From positions 1 to 57,263 of the IMG/VR virus record IMGVR_UViG_3300042114_000075: DNA of 57,263 bases. One strand, given 5' to 3'. Source of the stretch: a virus. Lineage: Duplodnaviria > Caudoviricetes. The position numbers were made by a program, and so were the translations under genes. Below are positions 20,861 to 31,141 of the stretch, in pieces; within the stretch, counting starts at the first letter, position 1; each line of letters starts with the position of its first letter. The notes under the pieces are model-generated. The model was not told the origin of the DNA and did no database searches. It worked only from the letters and a program-made list of their open reading frames with translations.

Positions 20861-22648
20861 ATGGAATTACCCGTTTTTAGGGTCTTTTGTGAAAGAATCC
20901 CAAGAAGGCAATACTATTATATTAGGTTTTTATATAATGATGGTCTTGTTGAAAAAATAAAGAGTTTACCAGAAGACACTCGTAAATGGAGTGGTCTTAA
21001 TCTGGCATGGGAAGTTAGCACATATTCCTTATTCCTTTTAATTAAAAAGTATGCTAAGTCCACTAAAATTCATTTTGATTTTGGTAACGATGATAGTCGT
21101 AGAATTTTCATTGAACAAATTAAAAAGATTGAAATAGCCGAAGAAGAAAAACGCTTGTTTATTGCTGACCTTAACATCAAGAAAGAGCATTGGGTTGAAT
21201 ATAAAAAGCAGTTAGAAACTGAATACGTTAAGTATAGTGAACAGGTTCATAAGTTTTTAAAGCCTAACATTTTATTATACCCACATCAGATTGTTAGTAT
21301 CATGTTTCTAAATGTGGTTAGAAATGTTTTATTAGCATTGGATATGGGAACTGGCAAAAGTTTAGTTTCAATAGCATATGTTGAAATGAATGATTTTAAG
21401 AAAGTATTTGTAATAACACCAAATTCACTTAAATATAACTACTATAATGAAGTAAATAAATTTACTCATTCTAACGCATTTATTGTGGGAAAAAAAAATA
21501 AATGTACAATTGAAAATGCTAAATATGTTATAACTAATTATGAGTATTTTAATTCATCTGACTTTGGTGGGGTTAGAAAAAAATTTAATGATTTAAATAT
21601 AGGTAAAATTGATTGTTTAATTGTAGATGAGTCTCATCGTATAAAATCTACAAAATCAAATACTTATATTAATTTTAAAAAGTTATTTAAAGATGATGCG
21701 TTTAAAAACAATAAACCATCGAAAATATTTATGTCAGGTACGCCAACACCTTCAAAATCAGCAGAAATGTATACTGTGTTACATCAAATATCACCAACAG
21801 ATTTTCCAACAAAAAATTATTATTATTCTTATTATTGTGGAATGGAATATAGTCTCGATGGTTTTGGATGGAAAACAAATATTAGTTTGACAAAGTTTGA
21901 AGAACTCTTTGATAAAATTGCGCCTTTTACTTATCGAAAGAAAAAAAGTGAAGTTTTAAAAGATTTGCCCGAAAAGACATATCAAAGAGTTATACTGGAA
22001 ATGACACCTAAAGAATATGAAATATATTATGAACTTGAAGAGGGAATTGCGAATGAATTTCTAAATAGGGAATTAAGCAATCCATTGTCAATAATGGGTA
22101 AATTAAGAGAATATACATCATCTTTAAAAGTCAATAATGTTAAAGAATTGATTGATTCTATTTTGGAGTGTGGTGAAAAGTTTGTTGCAATTGATTTCTA
22201 TAAAAATAGTTTATATGAACTTCATAAAGCATATCCCAATATATCAGCATTACATACTGGTGATGAAAAGGATTGGGAACGTGCAAAGGTGATAGAAAAT
22301 TTTCAAAGTGATGATGGTAGTATTAAAATTTTTTTGGGTTCAGAAAGTACCACTAAAGAAGGAATAACATTAACTGCTGCAAGTAAAGTTGGTATATTAA
22401 CAATTCCGTGGACACCAAGCACGCTTGACCAATGTACGGATAGGTTGGCGAGAATTGGGCAAAAAAACGCAGTTAATGCATATCTATTTATTTATAAAGA
22501 TACAATTGATGAATATGTGTTTGATTTGATTGAATCAAAAAGAAGTGAAATTTCGCAAATAATTGATGGTGAAAAATATGAATCAAATATTAACCAAAGT
22601 ATGATTCATGACCTTGTAAAAATAATTAAAGAAAAACATGGGAAGTAG
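20861..22648 (+). CDS. SNF2-family (SF2) helicase/ATPase
   Basis: LYPHQ, ALDMGTGKS (Walker A), IVDESH (DExH), MSGTP, EGITLTAAS, QCTDRLARIGQ. Confidence 0.9.
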   Translation: MELPVFRVFCERIPRRQYYYIRFLYNDGLVEKIKSLPEDTRKWSGLNLAWEVSTYSLFLLIKKYAKSTKIHFDFGNDDSRRIFIEQIKKIEIAEEEKRLFIADLNIKKEHWVEYKKQLETEYVKYSEQVHKFLKPNILLYPHQIVSIMFLNVVRNVLLALDMGTGKSLVSIAYVEMNDFKKVFVITPNSLKYNYYNEVNKFTHSNAFIVGKKNKCTIENAKYVITNYEYFNSSDFGGVRKKFNDLNIGKIDCLIVDESHRIKSTKSNTYINFKKLFKDDAFKNNKPSKIFMSGTPTPSKSAEMYTVLHQISPTDFPTKNYYYSYYCGMEYSLDGFGWKTNISLTKFEELFDKIAPFTYRKKKSEVLKDLPEKTYQRVILEMTPKEYEIYYELEEGIANEFLNRELSNPLSIMGKLREYTSSLKVNNVKELIDSILECGEKFVAIDFYKNSLYELHKAYPNISALHTGDEKDWERAKVIENFQSDDGSIKIFLGSESTTKEGITLTAASKVGILTIPWTPSTLDQCTDRLARIGQKNAVNAYLFIYKDTIDEYVFDLIESKRSEISQIIDGEKYESNINQSMIHDLVKIIKEKHGK

Positions 22649-22997
22649 TTATGTATATGGTATGAATCCTTTCAGGGATTACCTACTTGAAGCGATTAAA
22701 TATGAATTTGACATTTCAGATTCAAAGATGAAAGTCGAAATTGATGCGTCTTTTAAATTTATTTTAAAAAACGTTTTGAATAACGGAAAAGAGGCTGTAC
22801 ATTTGGACTTCGAAATAACTAGGGAAAATGACTTCTATAAAGTCATAGCCAAAAATGCACCAAGTGCATTGTGGCTCAGTGGAGTACTGGCTGAAAATGT
22901 CGATGATATGCTTAATTCAAAAGTGTTTATTATTGGTGATAGAAAATACAAATACAACAAAAAAACTGGTGGTTTAACTTTTACAGTAAAAAAATGA
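22638..22997 (+). CDS. Hypothetical protein
   Basis: 119-aa ORF overlapping both neighbours. Confidence 0.65.
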   Translation: MGSSYVYGMNPFRDYLLEAIKYEFDISDSKMKVEIDASFKFILKNVLNNGKEAVHLDFEITRENDFYKVIAKNAPSALWLSGVLAENVDDMLNSKVFIIGDRKYKYNKKTGGLTFTVKK

Positions 22998-23890
22998 GCA
23001 AAAAAGTCGCAGTATTGTTTTCAGGTGGATTAGACTCCACCTATTTGGTTTATAAGAATCTGAAAGAAGGAAACACGGTTTATCCTGTGTATATTGAAAT
23101 TACCAACAATCAAGTCAAGTCAGTGATTGAAAAAAACAGGATTGAGTTGTTGCGCAGGGAATTTCTAAAAGAGTTTAAACATCCAAATCATAGATATGAT
23201 GAACCAATAGCACGTATTAATTATCTGCTGAATGTTGGTGTTGTTGCTGATGAAAGTAGTTTACATTTAAGACAATTACCTGTTTGGATTCTTGGATTGT
23301 CATTTATGCAAAGCATGGGTGTTGACGAAATACAGATTGGCTATGTGTCGAATGATGATGCCATTTCATATCTGGATGAAATTCAAACCATTTACAAATC
23401 ATACCAATTGATTTGTGAGCCAATGAAACCATTGATGTTTCCATTGATTAAAAAGCATAAGTTTCAAATGGCTGATGAATTACCAAGTCAGTATATGGAT
23501 TTAATTTTTAGTTGTGAAAATGCTAAACTTGTCAATTCAAAAGATGATGCTAAACTCGATAAAATGGAAGAAAGACCTGTACATGATTTTGTTCGTGATA
23601 GTGATGAAGATACGATTGAAAAGATTGAATATGAAGCCTGTTGTAACTGTGTGCCATGTAGGACAATAATTTCAAGCAACTATTATGGTAAGAATTATTT
23701 TCCCGATAGTTATAAGAAAAACTTATATAATAACAGCATTAGTACATTGGAACGTGCAGGTTTTAAGGTTATTGGTGAAAGAGTTTGTGATAAAAAAATG
23801 GATGTGAAGAATGATGGTTGGGAAGTGCAAGCACCAATTAGGTGTAAAGAATATATTCAAATGGAAATACCATATGATATTAACGGTTGA
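22994..23890 (+). CDS. QueC-like PP-loop ATPase (7-cyano-7-deazaguanine synthase family)
   Basis: VAVLFSGGLDS PP-loop; FSCE ... ACCNCVPC Zn-binding Cys cluster. Confidence 0.75.
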   Translation: MSKKVAVLFSGGLDSTYLVYKNLKEGNTVYPVYIEITNNQVKSVIEKNRIELLRREFLKEFKHPNHRYDEPIARINYLLNVGVVADESSLHLRQLPVWILGLSFMQSMGVDEIQIGYVSNDDAISYLDEIQTIYKSYQLICEPMKPLMFPLIKKHKFQMADELPSQYMDLIFSCENAKLVNSKDDAKLDKMEERPVHDFVRDSDEDTIEKIEYEACCNCVPCRTIISSNYYGKNYFPDSYKKNLYNNSISTLERAGFKVIGERVCDKKMDVKNDGWEVQAPIRCKEYIQMEIPYDING

Positions 23891-24117
23891 TGGATATATT
23901 GAAAAATATAACATATGTGTTAAATGGGATGAAATAACTCATAGATATAATAAAAAAAATGATATAATTCGTGAACGATTTCTTACTGAAACATTCCAAT
24001 ATATTTTTTTTTAGGATTGACGAAAAGAAATTTTTGGAGGATGTTGAAACTGGAATTTCTTCTATTGTTAATGCAATTAGTGAAATGATTAATAGTATTG
24101 AGTGTGATGGAAAATAA
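23874..24117 (+). pseudogene. Small gene split by a +1 frameshift in a T9 run
   Basis: MILTVDG..FQYIFF* stops at TTT TTT TAG (24012-14); removing one T continues RIDEKKFLEDVETG..ECDGK* ending at 24117 over the polymerase ATG. Confidence 0.55.
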
Positions 24118-27100
24118 ATTAGAGAATTTAAGTTCAATAAAATTATTCCTTGAAGGTTATAATGACGAGCTTAAGTATTTGGTGAATGTTGAAACCGACA
24201 ATAATACAAACATTGCCGAGTGTGTCATCCATGAGCCAAATAAAGAACCCAAAATCGTTAAGGTAAAGTATGAACCTTTCATGTATATGAAAGATTTGGC
24301 TAAAACCAAGTATGTGTTGTATGAAGGTCATACCGAAGAATACATGCTTGGTAAGCAAATTAAGTACGGTATTACAATCACCAAGCTGAAAACTGGTAAT
24401 CAGAAGCGTTTGGTTAATGGTTATTGCTATAAGCTAACCAGTAAAAGGTCGTACAATGATATTATCAACTACATCAGGGATGGTGGTATTAATCCATATG
24501 AAAAGTTAACCGATGACGATGGTAGAGTAATTACAAATGCCAAGGGTGAATCAATACAGCCATACCGTGACTTATTTTATTCTGTAAGGGGAAGTGAACA
24601 ATTCTTTATTTCAAATCAAACCCGCTTGTTTAAGGGTTTTGAAGAATATAAGGACGTTCATAAACTCACGTTTGACATTGAAACCACTGGTTTGCGATAT
24701 GAGATAGCCAGAATGTTTACTATTGGTGTCAGGGACAACAGAGGGTTTGAAACCATACTTGAAGTCAGTAAACTGAATGACGATGAATCTGAAATCAGGT
24801 TAATTCAGGACTTCTTCAATTTAATTAACCTTTTGAAGCCAGCCGTTATTTCAGGATATAATTCCGAATTTTTCGACTTTGAGTTCATACTTGGTAGGGC
24901 AAAAATCCTTAAAATGGATTTAACTGCTGTACCTACAAGTCTTAAAGATGGTGTTCATTTAAAGAGAAGACCAAATTGTAGTGTTAAGTATGGCAATACT
25001 GCTGATAAGTTCACCGCTACCGAAATGTGGGGGTATTCTGTTATTGACATTATTCATGCTGCTAAGAAAACGGCTGCTGTAAATACCGAAATAAAGGCAA
25101 CAGGTCTTAAATATATTGCAAAACACGAAAAGATAGCCAAACCAAATCGTACCTACATTAAAGGTGAGGACAATTCGATTGGTAGGTTCTATGCTGAAAA
25201 CAAAATGTTTGTTATCAGTGACACCAACACATACATTAAAGTACCTTCTAAATATCAGGACACTGCTAAGAAGATGTATTTACTTCAAGCCAGTAAAGGT
25301 AAATTCAATGATGTACAATACAAAGCTTTAAGGGGAAAATTTCTTAGTGCCGACCCTGAATTTGTGGACTGGTTCAGGAGAGAAGCTCTACCAAATGGTA
25401 TGACTACCTTTATTGGTGGTAAGAATTTGGTAAAGCAATACTTACTTGATGACCTTTGGGAAACTGAGCGGGTTGACGAACTCTACAACCAATCATCTTT
25501 CATGGTTGCTAAGATTGTTCCAACCACATATCAGCGTGTCTGTACGATGGGTACTGCTGCTATTTGGAACTTACTATTAACTGCATGGAGTTATGAAAAT
25601 GACTTAGCTATCCCAATTTCAGATAAGAACGAAAAGTTCAGTGGTGGTTTAGCAAGATGCTATAAGGTTGGGTATTCAAGACGTATTAAAAAGATTGACT
25701 ACGCTTCTTTGTATCCTATGATTCAATTGAGTGATGACGTGTTCCCGATTTTCGATATTACTGGTGTAATGAAGAAGCTTTTGCTTTATCTTACTACCAC
25801 ACGTAATATTTATAAAAAACTGGCAACAAGCACTAAGCTGAATGAAGAAGAGGTTATGCTGCTTAAAGAAATTGACCATGAGGTTCACATTAAGTACCTT
25901 GCAGGTACAATTACGAATGCTGATACCGCCATGTTCAAAATTAAACAATTACCTATCAAGATTTTGAACAACTCGTTGTTCGGTGCTTTAGGGTCTGCTG
26001 TTTCATTTAACTGGTCGGACAATGTTTGTGCTGCTCGTATTACATGTACAGGTAGGTTGCATTTGAGACATGCAATTCATTACTTTACGAAGTATGATTG
26101 TATTGCATTACTTGCTGTTACTGACGGTATTAACTTTAATTATCCAGAGAAAACCAGAATCAGGGTTACTGATGATGGCGAGTGGATGGAAGAAGTTGAA
26201 CGTGACGTTGAAGAAATGTGGCAATATGTAGGTAAGAAAGGCTTGAATGCTATTATTGAAAAATACAATAAGGAAGAAATGATATCACCTTACATGTCAG
26301 TTGATGATGACGGTGATTCAATTTCATGTTTGAACCTTTCACGTATTAACTATGCCACACTTTCATTAGAAAAGGATAAGAAGACCAAAGAAATGAAGGA
26401 AAAGGTTAAACTTACTGGTAATACCATTAAGTCAAAGGTTATGCCAGAATATATCGAAGAATTTATTGATAAGGGTTTAACTATGATTCTTCATGGTCAG
26501 GGTAAAGAGTTTGTGGAGTATTACTATGACTATTGTGATAATATTCGTTACATGCAAATTCCACTAAAGAAAATTGCAAGTAAGAGTAAAATCAAAATGA
26601 CGTTAGCTAATTACAAAAAAAGGGGGTTGGATAAGAACGGTAGGGAAAAGGGTATTCAGGCACACATGGAATTGCTGATTGAAAAGCGTAACAAGCTTGC
26701 TGAAATACTTTTTGATGAACATAAAGAAACTCTGAATCTCGTTAAAATTAAAAAAGAGCTAACTTCTGACGATAAAGCCAGATTGGTTGCAAATTATATG
26801 CCACCAGAACCTGAATTGGATTCGGTTGTATATTACGTTAACTCTGGTACGAGAAAGTCACATGGTGATTCAAGAAAGATTGTTGTTAATAAAGAAACAG
26901 GTGAAACAAGATTTTGTGCTACCCTTATTGATAATGAAGACCTTATTGAAAACCCAAACATGACAGGTGTATATAATTACGAAAAATACCTTGCTGCGTT
27001 TAATATGCGTGTAGCTGTGCTATTGGCAGGATTTGACCCTGAAATTCAGAAGAAAATTATTGTTAAAGTAGCTCAAAAGGACGATAAAGGGGGTGAAACT

Positions 27101-27805
27101 AAAAGAGGGGACCTTAAGAAAGCGGGTTTCGGTCCTGATGATTTACAGTTAAAGAACTTTGACTTAGATAATTATGGTGATTCTATGTATTTGGAAGACA
27201 TGGAAGTTAATTTCTGGAATAAGACGGGTTATGACCCAAGGTTAGTATGGGATGGTTTTAAAATGAATCCCGACCATAAGGTGCATTATGAAATTTATGA
27301 AGGTGCTTTAAAGTACTTGAATGATAAGATGGATGCCATAGATAAACCAAAAGTTAAGTCAATTAATGAAAAGTATGGTGATGGTGATTTGGTTTTAATT
27401 AAAGATGGTATCGAATACCATGTTGGTTCATATAATGGCACATACATTCGGATTATCAGGGAAAATATTGATGTACCTAAATCTGAACTTGAATTAGAAC
27501 TTGACAGACAGCGTATTGAAAGTGAAAAGAAGTTGGAAGAACTAAGACTTAATGACTTAGCAACTGGCGGTGATAGGGATAAAGTGTTGGCTGTGATGCA
27601 GGAAAGAAGACAAAAGTATTTCATTACATTTAAGCAGAAGTTTGGTATCCCGCTTGTTGCTACAATGGAACAAGTGTTTGCTGAAATTGATAATTCACAG
27701 GATGTGTTTGATGACTATGTTTCACAAACAGATGGTGAACTTGAAGAACAGGCTGCTGAATATTTAGATGGAGATGATGTGAGTTATGACGATAATTATT
27801 TTTAA
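24107..27805 (+). CDS. Family B DNA polymerase with 3'-5' exonuclease
   Basis: ExoI TFDIETTG, ExoII GYNSEFFD, ExoIII YLLDD, motif A IDYASLYP, motif B KILNNSLFG, motif C AVTDG. Confidence 0.92.
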   Translation: MENKLENLSSIKLFLEGYNDELKYLVNVETDNNTNIAECVIHEPNKEPKIVKVKYEPFMYMKDLAKTKYVLYEGHTEEYMLGKQIKYGITITKLKTGNQKRLVNGYCYKLTSKRSYNDIINYIRDGGINPYEKLTDDDGRVITNAKGESIQPYRDLFYSVRGSEQFFISNQTRLFKGFEEYKDVHKLTFDIETTGLRYEIARMFTIGVRDNRGFETILEVSKLNDDESEIRLIQDFFNLINLLKPAVISGYNSEFFDFEFILGRAKILKMDLTAVPTSLKDGVHLKRRPNCSVKYGNTADKFTATEMWGYSVIDIIHAAKKTAAVNTEIKATGLKYIAKHEKIAKPNRTYIKGEDNSIGRFYAENKMFVISDTNTYIKVPSKYQDTAKKMYLLQASKGKFNDVQYKALRGKFLSADPEFVDWFRREALPNGMTTFIGGKNLVKQYLLDDLWETERVDELYNQSSFMVAKIVPTTYQRVCTMGTAAIWNLLLTAWSYENDLAIPISDKNEKFSGGLARCYKVGYSRRIKKIDYASLYPMIQLSDDVFPIFDITGVMKKLLLYLTTTRNIYKKLATSTKLNEEEVMLLKEIDHEVHIKYLAGTITNADTAMFKIKQLPIKILNNSLFGALGSAVSFNWSDNVCAARITCTGRLHLRHAIHYFTKYDCIALLAVTDGINFNYPEKTRIRVTDDGEWMEEVERDVEEMWQYVGKKGLNAIIEKYNKEEMISPYMSVDDDGDSISCLNLSRINYATLSLEKDKKTKEMKEKVKLTGNTIKSKVMPEYIEEFIDKGLTMILHGQGKEFVEYYYDYCDNIRYMQIPLKKIASKSKIKMTLANYKKRGLDKNGREKGIQAHMELLIEKRNKLAEILFDEHKETLNLVKIKKELTSDDKARLVANYMPPEPELDSVVYYVNSGTRKSHGDSRKIVVNKETGETRFCATLIDNEDLIENPNMTGVYNYEKYLAAFNMRVAVLLAGFDPEIQKKIIVKVAQKDDKGGETKRGDLKKAGFGPDDLQLKNFDLDNYGDSMYLEDMEVNFWNKTGYDPRLVWDGFKMNPDHKVHYEIYEGALKYLNDKMDAIDKPKVKSINEKYGDGDLVLIKDGIEYHVGSYNGTYIRIIRENIDVPKSELELELDRQRIESEKKLEELRLNDLATGGDRDKVLAVMQERRQKYFITFKQKFGIPLVATMEQVFAEIDNSQDVFDDYVSQTDGELEEQAAEYLDGDDVSYDDNYF

Positions 27806-27841
27806 AATAATGTTTTTGTTGAATTTCAATTGAAAACAGAA

Positions 27842-27849
27842 CTATTTAT
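27842..27849 (+). promoter_or_regulatory. CTATTTAT late-promoter variant
   Basis: 16 nt before ATG 27866. Confidence 0.55.
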
Positions 27850-27865
27850 GTAGAAACATGTAATC

Positions 27866-28711
27866 ATGGAATTTAAAAAGAAACATTTAAAGGAAATAAT
27901 CGATACAAATGGCGACCTAATTGGAACGGATGCCATACCAACAAATGATGCAAATGCAGATACTGCTGCTCATGGTACAACCGACCAAAATGCTAAAATA
28001 GGACAACAACCATTCAGGTATGATATGTTGGGTCGTTTCGGCTTTACGTTAATGCCATTCATGGAAGGTGTTGAAGAAAACGATGGTCAGGCGGCACTTG
28101 TTAATGACTTAGCCAAATTAATGTATGATAAGTACATGTCAACAATTGAGTATTATTACAAAAATCCGAATAAGTTAAAATCTGATTTTAGGGTGCATTC
28201 TGAACATGATTTTGAAAGTCAGCCGGAACATAATAAGAAAATTGATTTTGATTTAGCAAAAGATATTGTGAAAATTGTTCAGAAGCATTTCGAAGATGCA
28301 TTTAAAGAACCACAACAAATTGATGAATCATTTGATTTAACAATACCTTTTGATGATAAAATCAAAGAAATACTGAGAAATCTACTTAGGGGAAGTACTT
28401 ACGATAAAACAGACATACTTGACCAAAGAATAGACCAATTACTTGCCGTAAATGCAGTCTGGCTTGAAAAAGCAAAACAGATGTATGGTGCAGAAGAAAT
28501 TGCAAAAAAGTTAATCAAATATGAAGAGAACTTAAATGAAATCGATATGATTGAAGATAAGATGCTCGGCAAAAGGGGTGAAGATGAAATGACCAAAAAA
28601 ACTGATGATAATGGTGTTAGGTCAAAGAAACTTCAAAAGATTGCTGGTCTAATAAATAAATTGGAAAAGAAAGATATAGATAAACTTATTAATTTGTTGG
28701 AGAGGAAATGA
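27866..28711 (+). CDS. Hypothetical protein, possible head-internal protein
   Basis: Charged helical protein with several hydrophobic-x-E motifs (LKE, IDE, LNE, LLE). Confidence 0.6.
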   Translation: MEFKKKHLKEIIDTNGDLIGTDAIPTNDANADTAAHGTTDQNAKIGQQPFRYDMLGRFGFTLMPFMEGVEENDGQAALVNDLAKLMYDKYMSTIEYYYKNPNKLKSDFRVHSEHDFESQPEHNKKIDFDLAKDIVKIVQKHFEDAFKEPQQIDESFDLTIPFDDKIKEILRNLLRGSTYDKTDILDQRIDQLLAVNAVWLEKAKQMYGAEEIAKKLIKYEENLNEIDMIEDKMLGKRGEDEMTKKTDDNGVRSKKLQKIAGLINKLEKKDIDKLINLLERK

Positions 28712-28896
28712 AAAAATTAAATACTTGTGAATTTATCGATAAGGCATTAATTATTCATAAACATGAATACGATTATTCGTTGGTCGATTATGTGAACTCA
28801 GAAACAAATAATTATCATTTACTTCGAATAGGATTTAACGAAATAAATGAGATTGATAAAATATTAGATTCATATGAACCAATATTTAAAAGATAA
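28708..28896 (+). pseudogene. Internally deleted homing endonuclease remnant (same family as 42122-42878)
   Basis: N-terminal EFIDKALIIHKHEYDYSLVDY joined directly to C-terminal NNYHLLRIGFNE..IDKIL. Confidence 0.65.
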
Positions 28897-29623
28897 AACC
28901 TATATAATACCACCAGACGTACTTAAAGTTATTGAAATAGCAAAAGCATCAAGTCCTGATGGTAATGGTATTAAACGTGCTAATTATCTGCTTAAAAACG
29001 GTGTGGTAACATATCATGTTCTTAAGCGTTTGAAGAATTTCTTCGACCATTTTGATGCCAATACGGAGGATAAGAACCAACATGCTCTTGCTGGTGGTGA
29101 ATTGATGCGTTCTTTCGTTGAGAGAACATTAAATGCCAACAGGGATGCTGTTAGAAGGTCAAAAACTGCCAGAGCAATGCCATACCAAACGCCAAGGCTT
29201 ACCGAAGCTAAAGCTGAGAAGAAAAAAGAAATTGTTAAAAATGCTATTGCAATCATTGTTGATAAGGACAATAAGATTTTACTATTAAAACGTGCTGATG
29301 TTAAAAATGGTTGGGGAAATAATCAATATGGTTTAGTTGGGGGTGGTATTGAAAAAAATGAGACACCGCAACAAGCAGTTGAAAGAGAAATTGAGGAAGA
29401 AACAGGATTGAAAATTAAAAAATTTCATAAGACCTTTAAAATTCAAAGAAATCCCAATACTATTGAATATGTATTTGCTTGTAGATATAGTGGTGAGCCT
29501 ATTGATGTTACATTGAATGATGAACATGTTAATTATGGATGGTATGATATTAGTGAAATTATTTATTTAGATACTGTTCCAAATTTAAAAGGATATATAA
29601 CACTATCTTTCACTAAATATTAG
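28874..29623 (+). CDS. NUDIX hydrolase with N-terminal extension
   Basis: Nudix box GGGIEKNETPQQAVEREIEEETGL; RLTEAK linker before the domain. Confidence 0.88.
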   Translation: MNQYLKDKTYIIPPDVLKVIEIAKASSPDGNGIKRANYLLKNGVVTYHVLKRLKNFFDHFDANTEDKNQHALAGGELMRSFVERTLNANRDAVRRSKTARAMPYQTPRLTEAKAEKKKEIVKNAIAIIVDKDNKILLLKRADVKNGWGNNQYGLVGGGIEKNETPQQAVEREIEEETGLKIKKFHKTFKIQRNPNTIEYVFACRYSGEPIDVTLNDEHVNYGWYDISEIIYLDTVPNLKGYITLSFTKY

Positions 29624-29626
29624 ATT

Positions 29627-29960
29627 ATGATAATTTGTGAAATATATAAAATATTAAATTCTAAAACTAATAAAGTTTATATTGGTAGTTTAATTAATGT
29701 CAATAAAAGAATAAATAAGCACTTTAATGAACTAAGAAAAAATAAATACCACAACAAACACCTTCAATTTTCGTGATAATCATCTAGACTATAATGGCGA
29801 AAATTCGCCAAGAGCCAAATTAACCAATGAAATTGTATTGAAAATTAGAGAAGAATATAATAAAAATAAATCAACATATGTTGAATTAGGATTAATGTTT
29901 GGCGTTGACAAACGAAATGTTGGAAAAATTATTAAAAGAGAAAGATGGAAAAACCTATAA
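29627..29960 (+). pseudogene. Decayed GIY-YIG homing endonuclease
   Basis: MIICEIYKILNSKTNKVYIGS..R..KH..LRKNKYHNKHLQFS* then GENSPRAKLTNEIVLKIR..KIIKRERWKNL*. Confidence 0.8.
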
Positions 29961-29964
29961 TTAC

Positions 29965-29972
29965 GTATTTAT
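29965..29972 (+). promoter_or_regulatory. GTATTTAT putative late promoter
   Basis: Upstream of ATG 30006. Confidence 0.6.
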
Positions 29973-30005
29973 CATAAATAACTTAAAATATTAACACAAA
30001 ACAAA

Positions 30006-30245
30006 ATGAGTAGATTAGAAGACATTAGCTTACCATTCAGAGAATGCACAATAGCTAAGAACGATTACGATAATAATGACGCTTACGTTGCTGGACACCC
30101 TGACGCATTATCAACGGGTGATGAATTGGGTAAAGGTGAAATGAATGGCGAAGTTGGAAGTGCAACCGACATTAAAACCAGAAGTGTTTTATTGTCAAAA
30201 AATAGGTATAATAAAAACAGAGAATATAACGCTGGTACTGCATAA
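30006..30245 (+). CDS. Small hypothetical protein
   Basis: 79-aa ORF after promoter motif and A-rich leader. Confidence 0.65.
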   Translation: MSRLEDISLPFRECTIAKNDYDNNDAYVAGHPDALSTGDELGKGEMNGEVGSATDIKTRSVLLSKNRYNKNREYNAGTA

Positions 30246-30246
30246 T

Positions 30247-31119
30247 ATGTTGAATGAGCTAAAAATATTGTTTGATAACATCAAAACCTTTCGCCATTTA
30301 ATAACGGAGGCAGTAGGTCAGGAGGACATGGTTAAGTATATTGAAAACCATGAGCTTGTCTATATCTACTATGCTGGTGATGGAAAGAACCCAAGAGGTC
30401 AGCGAACAATAAGGCCGTATGTTTTAGGTACAAATACTTCTGGTCATTTGGTGATTAGAGCATGGCAGGAAAAAGGTAGAAGTGCTGACTTCATGAATGC
30501 TCCAACACGAGAGCCAAGTGTTGAACACGACTATTGGGATACCAGTAAGGGCAAAGTAGCTGGATGGCGTATGTTTAGACTCGATAAGATTGAAAAATTA
30601 TATCCTATAGGGAGAAAGTTTAACAATCCTGATGGTACTGTGATGATACCAGATAAATATAAAGAAGGTTCTGATGCTGACATACCTAATATTATTGCAT
30701 ATGTTTCAACTAAAACAGAGCCAATTACTGAACCTACACCGGTAAGCGGTACGACAAAAGCCGTTCCTGCAACATGGGGTGATAAAAATACTCGCAATAT
30801 TACAGCTAATGAGGTGACTATGTTACGTAACATAGCTAGGGATGTTTATAAGGAAAGAATTGGTAAATTTTATGTTGCTGTCAATGGTAATGGTGAATTT
30901 GTTGTAGTTCGTGACAAAAGTATTAACAAAGTACCAAAAAATGCTGTTGTGGGCAGTTTAACTGGTTTATATGATAAATTGGTTAATAAAAATGTTGAAC
31001 CAGACCAACAATTCTTTAAAGCAGCCAAGCAAAAATTTGACTCCGAAACTAAAAATCAACAGAAAAATACGGAACAACCAACAATTCCTTTTGAAAAGAA
31101 ATCTTTTTTTAAACCGTAA
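30247..31119 (+). CDS. WYL-domain protein
   Basis: VYIYY.G....GQRTIRPYVLG..VIRAWQ..GWRMFRLDKI; start ATG 30247 just after previous stop. Confidence 0.75.
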   Translation: MLNELKILFDNIKTFRHLITEAVGQEDMVKYIENHELVYIYYAGDGKNPRGQRTIRPYVLGTNTSGHLVIRAWQEKGRSADFMNAPTREPSVEHDYWDTSKGKVAGWRMFRLDKIEKLYPIGRKFNNPDGTVMIPDKYKEGSDADIPNIIAYVSTKTEPITEPTPVSGTTKAVPATWGDKNTRNITANEVTMLRNIARDVYKERIGKFYVAVNGNGEFVVVRDKSINKVPKNAVVGSLTGLYDKLVNKNVEPDQQFFKAAKQKFDSETKNQQKNTEQPTIPFEKKSFFKP

Positions 31120-31120
31120 C

Positions 31121-31128
31121 GTATTTAT
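31121..31128 (+). promoter_or_regulatory. GTATTTAT putative late promoter
   Basis: 13 nt before ATG 31142. Confidence 0.65.
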
Positions 31129-31141
31129 AAAAAATTATAAA

